From NCBI GenBank assembly GCA_049966695.1, contig JBMFUG010000001.1, positions 23,184-87,183 on the forward strand: 64,000 nucleotides of DNA. Direction: 5' to 3'. Under the pieces are notes generated by a model. It did no database searches. It saw nothing but the letters and a program-made list of their open reading frames with translations, and was not told where the DNA came from. Of this stretch, positions 54,193 to 62,767 are shown one piece after another; position 1 is the first letter of the stretch; each line of letters opens with the position of its first letter. A program made the translations under genes and the position numbers. The stretch comes from Acidimicrobiales bacterium (GTDB lineage: Bacteria > Actinomycetota > Acidimicrobiia > Acidimicrobiales > Palsa-688).

Positions 54193-55230
54193 ATGAGCAA
54201 CATCGCTAACACCGAGCCCTCAGAAGACGCCGTGACCGGGCCTCCACAAAGCGGGGTAGAGGCCGAGGCTGCTCCGGCAGAAAAGGCCGAGGCCCAGGCC
54301 TCCGCCGCCGGCCCAGCTGGCGGAGCCGAGGACCATCCCGGTGCCGGCCTAGCTGGCGGCAGCGGAGCTGGTGACCCTCAACGCTCCGTTGTCGACCTCG
54401 GGGAAACTGCCCACGTCGCTCCTGCACCCGCACTAGGGGCCAGTCCTGCAACCGCCTCGACGGCTTCGGCTCGCCCCCCCGAAAGCCGATCAGCCAAGGA
54501 CAACAGCGCCTTTGCCCTCCTGGGGCCCGCAGCAACTGAGGCCGCCTCCTTGCTGGTCAGCGAACTGGGCCTCGATGCCCAAGTCGGCGATGGCATTGAC
54601 CTATGGGGCCCCGATGGTGCCATTTTGGCGTCCATCCTTTCCAACGGCACAAAGGCTTGGAGCGCTCCGCTTATGAGCTCTGCTGGCACCTGCGGCGAGC
54701 TTGCCCTGGCCTTGTTGCCTGGCTTGCCCGTGCTAGGCGAGGGACGCCTGGCATCGGCTCTAGCCGCCACGGTGCCGGCCCTGGCCAACGCCTGCCCGGC
54801 CAAGCACCTGGGCAAACTTGCGCACCAAAACGCCCAGGCCCTGCGGGAAGCACGTCCCGGCCAACAGGCTTTAGCCCTGCCGCTTCTTTCAAAAGGAGAG
54901 CGCGCCGGGCTGTTCATCGTCATGGTCCCGTCGGCCCAGCCTGCAGCCGAGCTCCCCCACCTCGACCCCGCACCCGGCCCACAGGCGACTGCACGTTCGA
55001 TAGCCGCCCTAGCCGACGTCGAGATGTCCGTCAGCGTCGAGCTGGGCCGCACCAAGATCGCGATCCGGGACCTGCTCGGGATCCACAACGGCGCAGTGGT
55101 ACAGCTTGACCGGACCGTTAGCCAACCAGTGGACGTCTTCGTCAACGGCACCCTGATCGCTCGCGGTGAAGTCGTAGTCGTCGACGAGTGCTTCGCGGTA
55201 CGCGTCACCGAGCTATTGACCGGCGACTGA
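54193..55230 (+). CDS. fliN: Flagellar motor switch protein FliN/FliY (long form)
   Basis: C-terminal SpoA domain VSVELGRTKIAIRDLLGIHNGAVVQLDRTVSQPVDVFVNGTLIARGEVVVVDECFAVRVTEL. Confidence 0.8.
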   Translation: MSNIANTEPSEDAVTGPPQSGVEAEAAPAEKAEAQASAAGPAGGAEDHPGAGLAGGSGAGDPQRSVVDLGETAHVAPAPALGASPATASTASARPPESRSAKDNSAFALLGPAATEAASLLVSELGLDAQVGDGIDLWGPDGAILASILSNGTKAWSAPLMSSAGTCGELALALLPGLPVLGEGRLASALAATVPALANACPAKHLGKLAHQNAQALREARPGQQALALPLLSKGERAGLFIVMVPSAQPAAELPHLDPAPGPQATARSIAALADVEMSVSVELGRTKIAIRDLLGIHNGAVVQLDRTVSQPVDVFVNGTLIARGEVVVVDECFAVRVTELLTGD

Positions 55231-55240
55231 GGGACCATCG

Positions 55241-55723
55241 ATGCCCGGCACCATAGACATGCTCCTGCGCCTCGCCATCTCAATGGCGGTGGTCATGGGC
55301 GTCATGGGCCTAGCCGCCCACATGCTCCGGCGACGGGCCAACAAGGGCTCGCTGCCTGGTAACGGCATGTTCGCCCTGCTCCCCCGGGCACCTCGCACGA
55401 AGAAACTGAACGACCCCGAGCTGGACGTCGTTTACCGCCGCCCCCTTTCCAAGGGCACCTCGGTAGCGCTGGTGAAAGCCGACGGCAAAAGGTACCTCCT
55501 CGGGGTGAGCGAGCGTGCCGTGACGCTGCTCGCCCGCCTCCCCGACCAGCCGCCTCCACAACCGAAAGAAAACCTGCCGATTGTCCTTACGAAGCTCGGC
55601 AACGAGGACGACCGGACGTCGCCCTCGCTCGCTGCCCTGCACCCCGCCGCGCGTGGTGAAGGTCAGCCCAATGCATGGAAGCTCGCCCTTGACTCACTGC
55701 GGGAGCGTACCGTCCGGCGGTAG
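55241..55723 (+). CDS. fliO: Flagellar biosynthesis protein FliO/FliZ-like
   Basis: Single N-terminal TM helix (LAISMAVVMGVMGLAAHML). Positioned before fliP. Confidence 0.55.
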   Translation: MPGTIDMLLRLAISMAVVMGVMGLAAHMLRRRANKGSLPGNGMFALLPRAPRTKKLNDPELDVVYRRPLSKGTSVALVKADGKRYLLGVSERAVTLLARLPDQPPPQPKENLPIVLTKLGNEDDRTSPSLAALHPAARGEGQPNAWKLALDSLRERTVRR

Positions 55724-55763
55724 CCCTCGCGTTCGTGGCCCCGAGAACGGGCCCTGGAGCACC

Positions 55764-56690
55764 ATGCTAAAGCTCGAAAAAAGATTTTTAGCATTCACCG
55801 TAAGCCTCCTGGCCCTAGGTGGTGCCTTTTTCGTTGCCCAAATGGCCACGGCAGGGCACGCAGCGGCCAGCCCCATCAGCAACCCTGCCGTCGCACCGGC
55901 GACCTCTCCGGCAACGGGGGCTCCACAGACCTCGGCGGGTGGCGTCACCCCTGTCACCAGCCAGGCTCCCACGGCCCCCCAGGCACCGTCTGCACCTTCG
56001 TCTGCCAGCAGCTCACAGGGCAACGCCGGGGGGTCGGTATCGGTCAACCTAGGTGGCAACCTCGGCAAGCCGAGCACGAGCGTCACCATAATCATCGCGC
56101 TCACCCTGCTAGCCGTTGCCCCAGCTTTGCTCATGCTTTTGACGAGCTTTACCCGGGTAATTATAGTCCTGTCGCTCACTCGCCAAGCGCTCGGCCTACA
56201 GAACGTGCCCCCCAACCAGGTACTGGCAGGCCTCGCGTTGTTCTTGACGCTTTTCATCATGGCGCCTGTCGTGAGCCAAGTCGACAAACAAGCCGTGCAA
56301 CCCTACCTGGCCGGCAAGATAACCGCGTCACAAGCCTATACCGATGCAGAGGCGCCGCTTAAGACATGGATGCTGAAGCAGACCCAAGCCGACGACCTCG
56401 CCTTGTTCGAAAAAGGCAACCAAAAACCAGCTTCGCCAGCGTCCATGCCGATGTCGGCAGTGGTACCAGCCTTCGCGCTTTCGGAGATGCGCACCGCTTT
56501 TATAATTGGGTTCGTAATATTCGTGCCGTTCCTGGTCATAGACCTTGTCGTGAGCTCTACGCTCATGTCCCTTGGCATGATGATGCTCCCGCCGACACTT
56601 GTGTCGCTGCCCTTCAAATTGCTCTTGTTCGTGATGGTCAACGGTTGGGCACTAGTAGTCCAATCCCTTCTCAGCAGCTTTCGTACCTGA
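55764..56690 (+). CDS. fliP: Flagellar export gate protein FliP
   Basis: ALLMLLTSFTRVIIVLSLTRQALGLQNVPPNQVLAGLALFLTLFIMAPV. Start ATG 55764. Confidence 0.9.
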   Translation: MLKLEKRFLAFTVSLLALGGAFFVAQMATAGHAAASPISNPAVAPATSPATGAPQTSAGGVTPVTSQAPTAPQAPSAPSSASSSQGNAGGSVSVNLGGNLGKPSTSVTIIIALTLLAVAPALLMLLTSFTRVIIVLSLTRQALGLQNVPPNQVLAGLALFLTLFIMAPVVSQVDKQAVQPYLAGKITASQAYTDAEAPLKTWMLKQTQADDLALFEKGNQKPASPASMPMSAVVPAFALSEMRTAFIIGFVIFVPFLVIDLVVSSTLMSLGMMMLPPTLVSLPFKLLLFVMVNGWALVVQSLLSSFRT

Positions 56691-56755
56691 CGCAGTTCGC
56701 GACACGGCCTGGTGGCCATTATGGCTACCAGGAGCCGCCCGGTCCCGGAGGTGAA

Positions 56756-57028
56756 ATGAACGACTCCTCAGTCATAGAAATAGCGGTCCGGATGATGACC
56801 GTGACCGCTGAACTGGCCGCGCCCATGCTGGTCACGGCGCTCGCTATTGGCTTAGCCGTTGCCCTGTTGCAGTCCGTCACGTCGATCCAGGAAGTGACGC
56901 TCACCTTCGTCCCGAAGATGGCGGGCATAGCGCTGGCCATCGTCTTGGCCGGCCACTGGATGCTCAACACGCTCGTTGGTTTTACCGACCAGCTCTTCCA
57001 AATGGTCCCTCAACTTGTGGGTGCCTAA
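56756..57028 (+). CDS. fliQ: Flagellar export gate protein FliQ
   Basis: 90 aa. LLQSVTSIQEVTLTFVPKMAGIALAI. SD GGAGGTGA. Confidence 0.85.
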   Translation: MNDSSVIEIAVRMMTVTAELAAPMLVTALAIGLAVALLQSVTSIQEVTLTFVPKMAGIALAIVLAGHWMLNTLVGFTDQLFQMVPQLVGA

Positions 57029-57037
57029 GGCGCGGCT

Positions 57038-57811
57038 GTGACCTTTGAGCTCGGAGCCGCAAGTTTCTTCGCCTTTCTCCTTGCACTGGCACGGGCGGCC
57101 GCCTGGCTTAGTTTTGCTCCCCCATTTTCAGCCAGCGCCCTGCCCGCCCTGGTCAAGTTCGGCTTTGCAGCAGCTCTCGCGCTCACGGTCAGCCCCCAGT
57201 TCGCCGCGACGGTCGGCAGCGGCTCGCTTAGCACCGCATCGTTCATCACGGACCTTGTCGCCCAGGTCGCCACGGGTGCAGGGCTCGGCTATGTCACCTC
57301 ATTACTGCTGTCTGCGGTCGCCTCGGCAGGCGCCCTAGTTGACGTGTCGAGCGGTCTCAGCGCTGCCCAGTCCTTTGACCCCTTCTCGGGCAACGTAAGC
57401 GCAGTCACCTCCAACACCTACTCTCTCCTCATGACAACGCTGTTGTTCGCCACCCAGGGTTACTTGCTGATAGTCAAGGGCTTTCTCACTTCCTTCCAGG
57501 CCGTAGGCCTGGCGGCGGGCCCAGCCAGCCTGCTTGGGGCTGCCCTGGCCTCAGAAATGGGCTTTTTCTTCCTAGCAGCTATAGAAATGGCCGCCCCGGT
57601 GATCGCTGCGATGTTCCTCGCTTACGTGGCGCTTGGGCTCCTCACTCGTGCTGCGCCCCAGCTCAACGTGATGGCCCTCGGGTTCGGTACCAACATTGCG
57701 CTTGCCTTTGTGGTCGTGACGGCCTGCCTGGCGCTGTTGCCAGGAGCGGTCAGCACCCTCGTAGACCGAGCCGTGCGCGACAGCCTTGGCTTTTTGGGCA
57801 TCACGCCCTGA
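57038..57811 (+). CDS. fliR: Flagellar export gate protein FliR
   Basis: 257 aa polytopic protein positioned between fliQ and flhB. Confidence 0.8.
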   Translation: MTFELGAASFFAFLLALARAAAWLSFAPPFSASALPALVKFGFAAALALTVSPQFAATVGSGSLSTASFITDLVAQVATGAGLGYVTSLLLSAVASAGALVDVSSGLSAAQSFDPFSGNVSAVTSNTYSLLMTTLLFATQGYLLIVKGFLTSFQAVGLAAGPASLLGAALASEMGFFFLAAIEMAAPVIAAMFLAYVALGLLTRAAPQLNVMALGFGTNIALAFVVVTACLALLPGAVSTLVDRAVRDSLGFLGITP

Positions 57812-57822
57812 GCGGGGCGGCC

Positions 57823-58947
57823 ATGGCCAGCAGCGACAAGCACTCGAAAACCGAAAAGCCCACCCCCCGGCGCAAGAGGGAGGCCCGGCGTGAGGGCAAG
57901 GTTGCCCGCACCCCCGAGCTCGTCACCTGGCTAGTAGTCCTAGCGGGGACCTATCTAGTCCAGTACACGGCCAAGCAGACCTATGCCCTGTGCGAACGGC
58001 TCGCCTCCCAGGTGGCGGGGGCCATGAGCCACCCAGCTTTGCCGAACGACCTCGCCGTAGCCAAAAGCGCGGCCAGCGGGGCCCTTCTCGCTATAGCCCC
58101 CGCGCTGCTTGGGTCTATGGTTATCGCCCTAGCGGTCAACCTGGCCCAGACCCGGGGCCTTGTGACCTTCAAGCCTCTCAAGCCGTCCCTGAAAAACCTC
58201 AACCCAAAAAATGGCCTGTCACGCATGTTCGGCACCCGTGGCTTATGGGAGCTGGCCAAGCAGGCAGTGAGGGTGGGCCTGCTGAGCTTGGTGGCTTGGC
58301 AGTCGGTGGCAGGGCTGCTGCCCCTCATGACCGAGCACGGGCCGCTGTCGAGCGCTGGCATTGCCTCGTTGGTCGCCGCTCGCGCGCTCAACCTGGCCCG
58401 TGAGGTGGCCGGCATCAGCCTTGTGCTCGCCGCCGCTGACTACATTTTCCAGTGGCGCAAGAACGCCCAGAGCCTGCGCATGAGCAAAGAAGAGGTCAAG
58501 GAGGAAGGTAAGCAGACCGAGGGCAACCCAGTGACCAAGGGCGCGCTGCGCCGCCGCCAGCGGCAGTTCTCCCGGAGGCGCATGATCGCATCGGTTGCCA
58601 AGGCAGATGCGGTCGTCCTAAACCCGACCCACTACGCCGTGGCAGTGAAGTACGTGCGCGGGCAGGGCGCGCCCCGCGTGGTCGCCAAAGGCACGGACTT
58701 CCTCGCCCTGCGCATCCGAGAGGAGGCCGTCGCCCACCGTGTGCCCCTGGTAGAAGACCCACCGTTGGCGAGAGCTCTCTACGTCGCCTGCGAGATCGAG
58801 CAAGAAATACCTAGGGAGCTCTACGAGGCCGTTGCCCGCCTCCTCACGTTTATCTACTCGCTGAAAGCGCGTGGGGGGGCGGCTCGCTTGGACGGCGGGG
58901 CTCACCGGACGTCCCTGCTCGTCCCGGCGCGGGCACGCGCGGGCTAG
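57823..58947 (+). CDS. flhB: Flagellar export switch protein FlhB
   Basis: N-terminal KTEKPTPRRKREARREGKVARTPEL. Autocleavage motif VVLNPTHYAVAV (NPTH). Confidence 0.9.
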   Translation: MASSDKHSKTEKPTPRRKREARREGKVARTPELVTWLVVLAGTYLVQYTAKQTYALCERLASQVAGAMSHPALPNDLAVAKSAASGALLAIAPALLGSMVIALAVNLAQTRGLVTFKPLKPSLKNLNPKNGLSRMFGTRGLWELAKQAVRVGLLSLVAWQSVAGLLPLMTEHGPLSSAGIASLVAARALNLAREVAGISLVLAAADYIFQWRKNAQSLRMSKEEVKEEGKQTEGNPVTKGALRRRQRQFSRRRMIASVAKADAVVLNPTHYAVAVKYVRGQGAPRVVAKGTDFLALRIREEAVAHRVPLVEDPPLARALYVACEIEQEIPRELYEAVARLLTFIYSLKARGGAARLDGGAHRTSLLVPARARAG

Positions 58948-58963
58948 TGCTCGGCGCTCAGTG

Positions 58964-58991
58964 CTCAGCTGAGACCCCCGCCTGCCGATAG
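58964..58991 (+). promoter_or_regulatory. Candidate internal sigma28-type promoter of flhA-flhF
   Basis: CTCAGC-N14-GCCGATAG, 85 nt upstream of the flhA TTG. The -35 element lies in the 10-bp palindrome CTCAGCTGAG. Confidence 0.4.
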
Positions 58992-59076
58992 TAGGGCAGC
59001 CAGCAGGGACGCAGCCGGCTGAGGCCCAAGGGATGGGGCCACCCAAGGTCGTGAGGCAAGCTCCGGAGGCTTCGAG

Positions 59077-61128
59077 TTGCGTCCCAACCAAATGACACTG
59101 GTGGGCGTCCCGGCTGCGGTCGTGTGCATCGCGGTCATGCTCGTGGTGCCCTTGCCCACCCAGCTGATCGACATCCTGATAACGCTCAACCTGGTGGGCT
59201 CGGTCATCATCCTGCTCACCAGCATGTACGTCAAGCGGGCTCTTGACTTCTCCGTCTTCCCCTCTCTTCTTTTGATCGCCACCATGTACCGCCTGGCGCT
59301 GAACGTGAGCGTCACTCGCCAGGTGCTCCTGCACGCTCGGGCTGGCAACGTGGTCGAGGCTTTTGGCCATTTCGTGATCGGTGGGTCACTGATCGTAGGG
59401 CTTGTAGTTTTCCTCATCGTCATAGTCATCCAGTTCATCGTCATCACCAACGGTGCCCAGCGGGTCGCAGAAGTAGCCGCCCGCTTCACCTTGGACGGGA
59501 TGCCTGGCAAACAAATGGCCATCGACGCGGACCTGAACAGCGGGCTCATAAACAAAGACGAGGCGCGCAGGCGCAGACGTGAGGTAGCGGCCGAGGCCGA
59601 CTTTTACGGCGCTATGGACGGGGCGTCCAAGTTCGTCCGAGGCGACGCCATAGCTGCGATCGTGATAATGGCGATCAACCTCGTCGGTGGTTTTGCCATA
59701 GGCGTGCTCCAAAACGGCGACAGCCTCAACCAAGCCATCAACACCTACAGCCTGCTGTCGGTCGGCGACGGCCTCGCCTCGCAGCTGCCCGCCTTGCTCA
59801 TCTCTATATCCACCGGCATCATTGTCACCCGGGCCGGCACCGAGTCCGACCTTGGGACAGAGTTCGTCTTCCAAATGCTGCGCCAGCGCCGCGCCGTCCG
59901 CATCGCAGGCATAGCGATAGTCGTCCTCGGCCTCGTCCCCGGCTTGCCCAAGATCCCGTTCTTGTTGGTCGGCGGCACGGTCCTTTTGATCTCCGGACGT
60001 CTTCCTGACGACGCAGCTCTTGGACGCAGGATGGAAAAGGAAGCTGCCGCTTCGGCACCTCCCCCACCGTCACCCGACTCGCCCGAGGGCTTGGCGCGCG
60101 ACATGAAGGTCGACCCTTTGGAGCTAGAAGTTTCTTTCAACCTGGTAGAGCTGGTGGACCCGTCCCGTGGGGGCGACCTTTTGGAGCGAGTGAAGGCTCT
60201 CCGGCGCAAGATCGCCTTGGAGATCGGCGTGGTGCTGCCGCTCGTGCGCACCCGGGACAACATAGACCTGCCTGCTTCTACCTACACCATAAAGGTGCAG
60301 GCAGCGGAGGTCGCCCGCGGTACGGCGCTGCCTGGCCACGTCCTAGCGATCGGCGACGTCCTCGGTTCGCTCCCCGGCACTCCAACCAAAGAGCCGGTGT
60401 TCGGCCTGGACGCGAAGTGGGTCCCGGCAACCGCCCGCGCCCAAGCTGAGCGCATGGGCGCCACCGTGGTCGACCCAGCCTCCGTGATCACCACCCATTT
60501 GTCTGAAGTCGTAAAGCAGAACGCCGGCAAAATGCTGACGCGGTCGGCCACCAAGGAACTAGTCGAGATCACCAAGCGCACTGACCCCGTTGTCGTCGAG
60601 GAACTGGGCTCTGCGCAGGTGACCTTGGCCGAAGTGCAGCGGGTGCTCCGAGACCTCCTGGACGAAGGGGTGTCGGTGCGCAACCTGTCCCGTATTTTCG
60701 AAGCCCTCACAGAACGGGCACGTACAACTCACGACCCTGAAGCGTTCGTCGAGGCCAGCCGCCAAGCGCTCGGCCCTGCGCTTTCCACTTCTTTAGCGAC
60801 TGGCGGCCGCTTACCGGTGCTCACGCTCGACCCCCTGCTCGAGCACCAGCTGAGCGAGGCACTGCGTACGGGCGACAACGGCAGCTTCTTGGCTTTGCCG
60901 CCAGACCAGGCAGAGGCGCTCACCTTGGCCGTGGCCCAGCGCTCTCGGGAGGCAGAGCAGCAGGGCGACTCCCCTGTGCTCGTCTGCGCCGCCCCCTTGC
61001 GGCCGGCTTTGCGCAAACTGGTGCGTACTGCTGCGCCTCGCGTCCCGGTCCTTTCTTACGCGGAACTGGCACCCCAGCTCCGCCTCGACACCCGTGGAGT
61101 GGTGAGCCTTGCCCACGCTACGCTTTGA
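59077..61128 (+). CDS. flhA: Flagellar export gate protein FlhA
   Basis: Motifs FTLDGMPGKQMAIDADL and FVRGDAIA. 683 aa. TTG start with SD GGAGG. Confidence 0.92.
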   Translation: MRPNQMTLVGVPAAVVCIAVMLVVPLPTQLIDILITLNLVGSVIILLTSMYVKRALDFSVFPSLLLIATMYRLALNVSVTRQVLLHARAGNVVEAFGHFVIGGSLIVGLVVFLIVIVIQFIVITNGAQRVAEVAARFTLDGMPGKQMAIDADLNSGLINKDEARRRRREVAAEADFYGAMDGASKFVRGDAIAAIVIMAINLVGGFAIGVLQNGDSLNQAINTYSLLSVGDGLASQLPALLISISTGIIVTRAGTESDLGTEFVFQMLRQRRAVRIAGIAIVVLGLVPGLPKIPFLLVGGTVLLISGRLPDDAALGRRMEKEAAASAPPPPSPDSPEGLARDMKVDPLELEVSFNLVELVDPSRGGDLLERVKALRRKIALEIGVVLPLVRTRDNIDLPASTYTIKVQAAEVARGTALPGHVLAIGDVLGSLPGTPTKEPVFGLDAKWVPATARAQAERMGATVVDPASVITTHLSEVVKQNAGKMLTRSATKELVEITKRTDPVVVEELGSAQVTLAEVQRVLRDLLDEGVSVRNLSRIFEALTERARTTHDPEAFVEASRQALGPALSTSLATGGRLPVLTLDPLLEHQLSEALRTGDNGSFLALPPDQAEALTLAVAQRSREAEQQGDSPVLVCAAPLRPALRKLVRTAAPRVPVLSYAELAPQLRLDTRGVVSLAHATL

Positions 61129-62503
61129 GGGCGCCACCCTCGACGAGGCAGTTCAAGTCGCGCGCCAAAGCGCCGGGGCGGGCGCCAAGGTGGTCGGGGC
61201 TTCCCGGGTGCGACGAGGCGGGATAGCGGGTTTTTTCGCCCGAGAGCGTATAGAGGTCGAAGTCGAGGTCCCGGGCAAAAAGGACGTCCCCGACGAAAGG
61301 GCAGCCCTTGGCAAAAACGGCGCTCTAGGCAATAAGGACGTCCCCGGCAGACAAGAGGCCCACGACAGAAAGGAGCCCCCCGGCAAAAAGCCAGCCACGG
61401 AGCCGGTTGGAAACCCCAGAAGTGCTCCGCTGGCGGAGGACAGCTTTGACCCCCTCGAGCACATCATCTCGCAAATGGCAACCGAGGGGCCTTCGTCGGT
61501 CTTGGACCTGGCCGAGACCGTGAACGCCTTAGAGGACAACGGCACCGGTCGCAGCAGGCAACGGCCCGTCTTTTCCCTACGGCGCCCAACTTCTAGCGCC
61601 GACGGACGCCTACCTTCCGACGCCGACGGACGCTTGCCCCCCAGCGCCGACGAGCCAACGACAGCAAGCGAGCGTGACTTTGCCGCCGTTTTGGAACGCA
61701 TAGCGCACGGGCCAGAGCCGACGGCGGACGAGGCCCAACTTGGCCCACCCGTGCACCATGACCCCGTGCTGCTGAAAGACTTGGGCGAGAGCCAGGGCTT
61801 AGGCCGGCACCTGGACACAAGCGGGCGCCCGGACTTGGGACATCGCCGCGGGCACATGGGCAAAGCGCTGCAACTTCTCGGGCTGCCCGAGGCCCTGTGC
61901 CAACAGGTCATGCCAGCCGTCAGCTGCGAGGGCTTGGAAGCGGAGCTGGCCCGGGTGCTGCGGGCGGCCTTGGCCCCCTCGCCAGCGCTGCCCACTTCCC
62001 CCACCAGCGTCATGGCCGTCGTCGGGCCGGCCAAGCATGCCATGGCAACGGCACGAGCTCTGGCAAGCGAGCTCGGCACCCCGCCTGAGCAGGTCGTTAT
62101 CGCCACCCAGCGCAAGGTCTGGAGCCGGCGGGAAACCGTCATCTCCTCGCCAGAAGCTGCGGTTGAACAGCGCCGAAGCTGGCGCTGGCGGTCCTGGCCC
62201 TCGGTCGTAGTAGTCGAACAGCCCGTCCGGCCGTTCGGGACGGCTTGGTGTGCGTCCATGTTGCGAGCTCTCGAACCCACCCTTTGCTGGGGCGTTGTAG
62301 AAGCAGCTCACAAGCCCGAGGACGTTGCCACCTGGTCGGCTGCCCTCGGAGGGCTGGACGTGCTGGCGCTCGTTGACCTCGAAGGGACGACGACACCCGC
62401 CAGTGCCCTGGCCTGCTCGGTACCCGTTGGCAGGCTCGACGGCGTGCCGGCAAGCGCGCAAGCCTGGGCCAACCTGCTTTGCAGCCGGTTGGCGAGCCAC
62501 TAA
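61109..62503 (+). CDS. flhF: FlhF-like protein with degenerate GTPase motifs
   Basis: N-terminal MPTLRFEGATLDEAVQVARQSAGAGAKVVGASRVRRGGIAGFF matches the FlhF B-domain pattern. The expected GxxGxGKT position reads VVGPAKHAMATA. Confidence 0.55.
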   Translation: MPTLRFEGATLDEAVQVARQSAGAGAKVVGASRVRRGGIAGFFARERIEVEVEVPGKKDVPDERAALGKNGALGNKDVPGRQEAHDRKEPPGKKPATEPVGNPRSAPLAEDSFDPLEHIISQMATEGPSSVLDLAETVNALEDNGTGRSRQRPVFSLRRPTSSADGRLPSDADGRLPPSADEPTTASERDFAAVLERIAHGPEPTADEAQLGPPVHHDPVLLKDLGESQGLGRHLDTSGRPDLGHRRGHMGKALQLLGLPEALCQQVMPAVSCEGLEAELARVLRAALAPSPALPTSPTSVMAVVGPAKHAMATARALASELGTPPEQVVIATQRKVWSRRETVISSPEAAVEQRRSWRWRSWPSVVVVEQPVRPFGTAWCASMLRALEPTLCWGVVEAAHKPEDVATWSAALGGLDVLALVDLEGTTTPASALACSVPVGRLDGVPASAQAWANLLCSRLASH

Positions 62504-62512
62504 GGGCCGACA

Positions 62513-62761
62513 GTGCAAGCCAAGACGGTCAAGCCAGCCCTGTTCGTGTTCTTGTCCGTCGTGCTATCGGCCCCGACGCTGGCCAACATCCTCGCGGGGT
62601 CCGTGTCAGCAGTGAGCGCAGGGGCGCACCTGGTGGGCGCGATCTTGATTTCTTGGGCAGCTGTCGGCACCCTGAGCTACCTGGTCAGCACTTACCGCGC
62701 CTCCGTGGCGCACCAGCAGCACCAACAGGAGCGCCACGACGGGCCTGCGCCACGGTCATAG
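62513..62761 (+). CDS. Small hypothetical membrane protein
   Basis: 82 aa with two hydrophobic helices. GTG start. No homology recognised. Confidence 0.35.
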   Translation: MQAKTVKPALFVFLSVVLSAPTLANILAGSVSAVSAGAHLVGAILISWAAVGTLSYLVSTYRASVAHQQHQQERHDGPAPRS

Positions 62762-62767
62762 CTTCGC

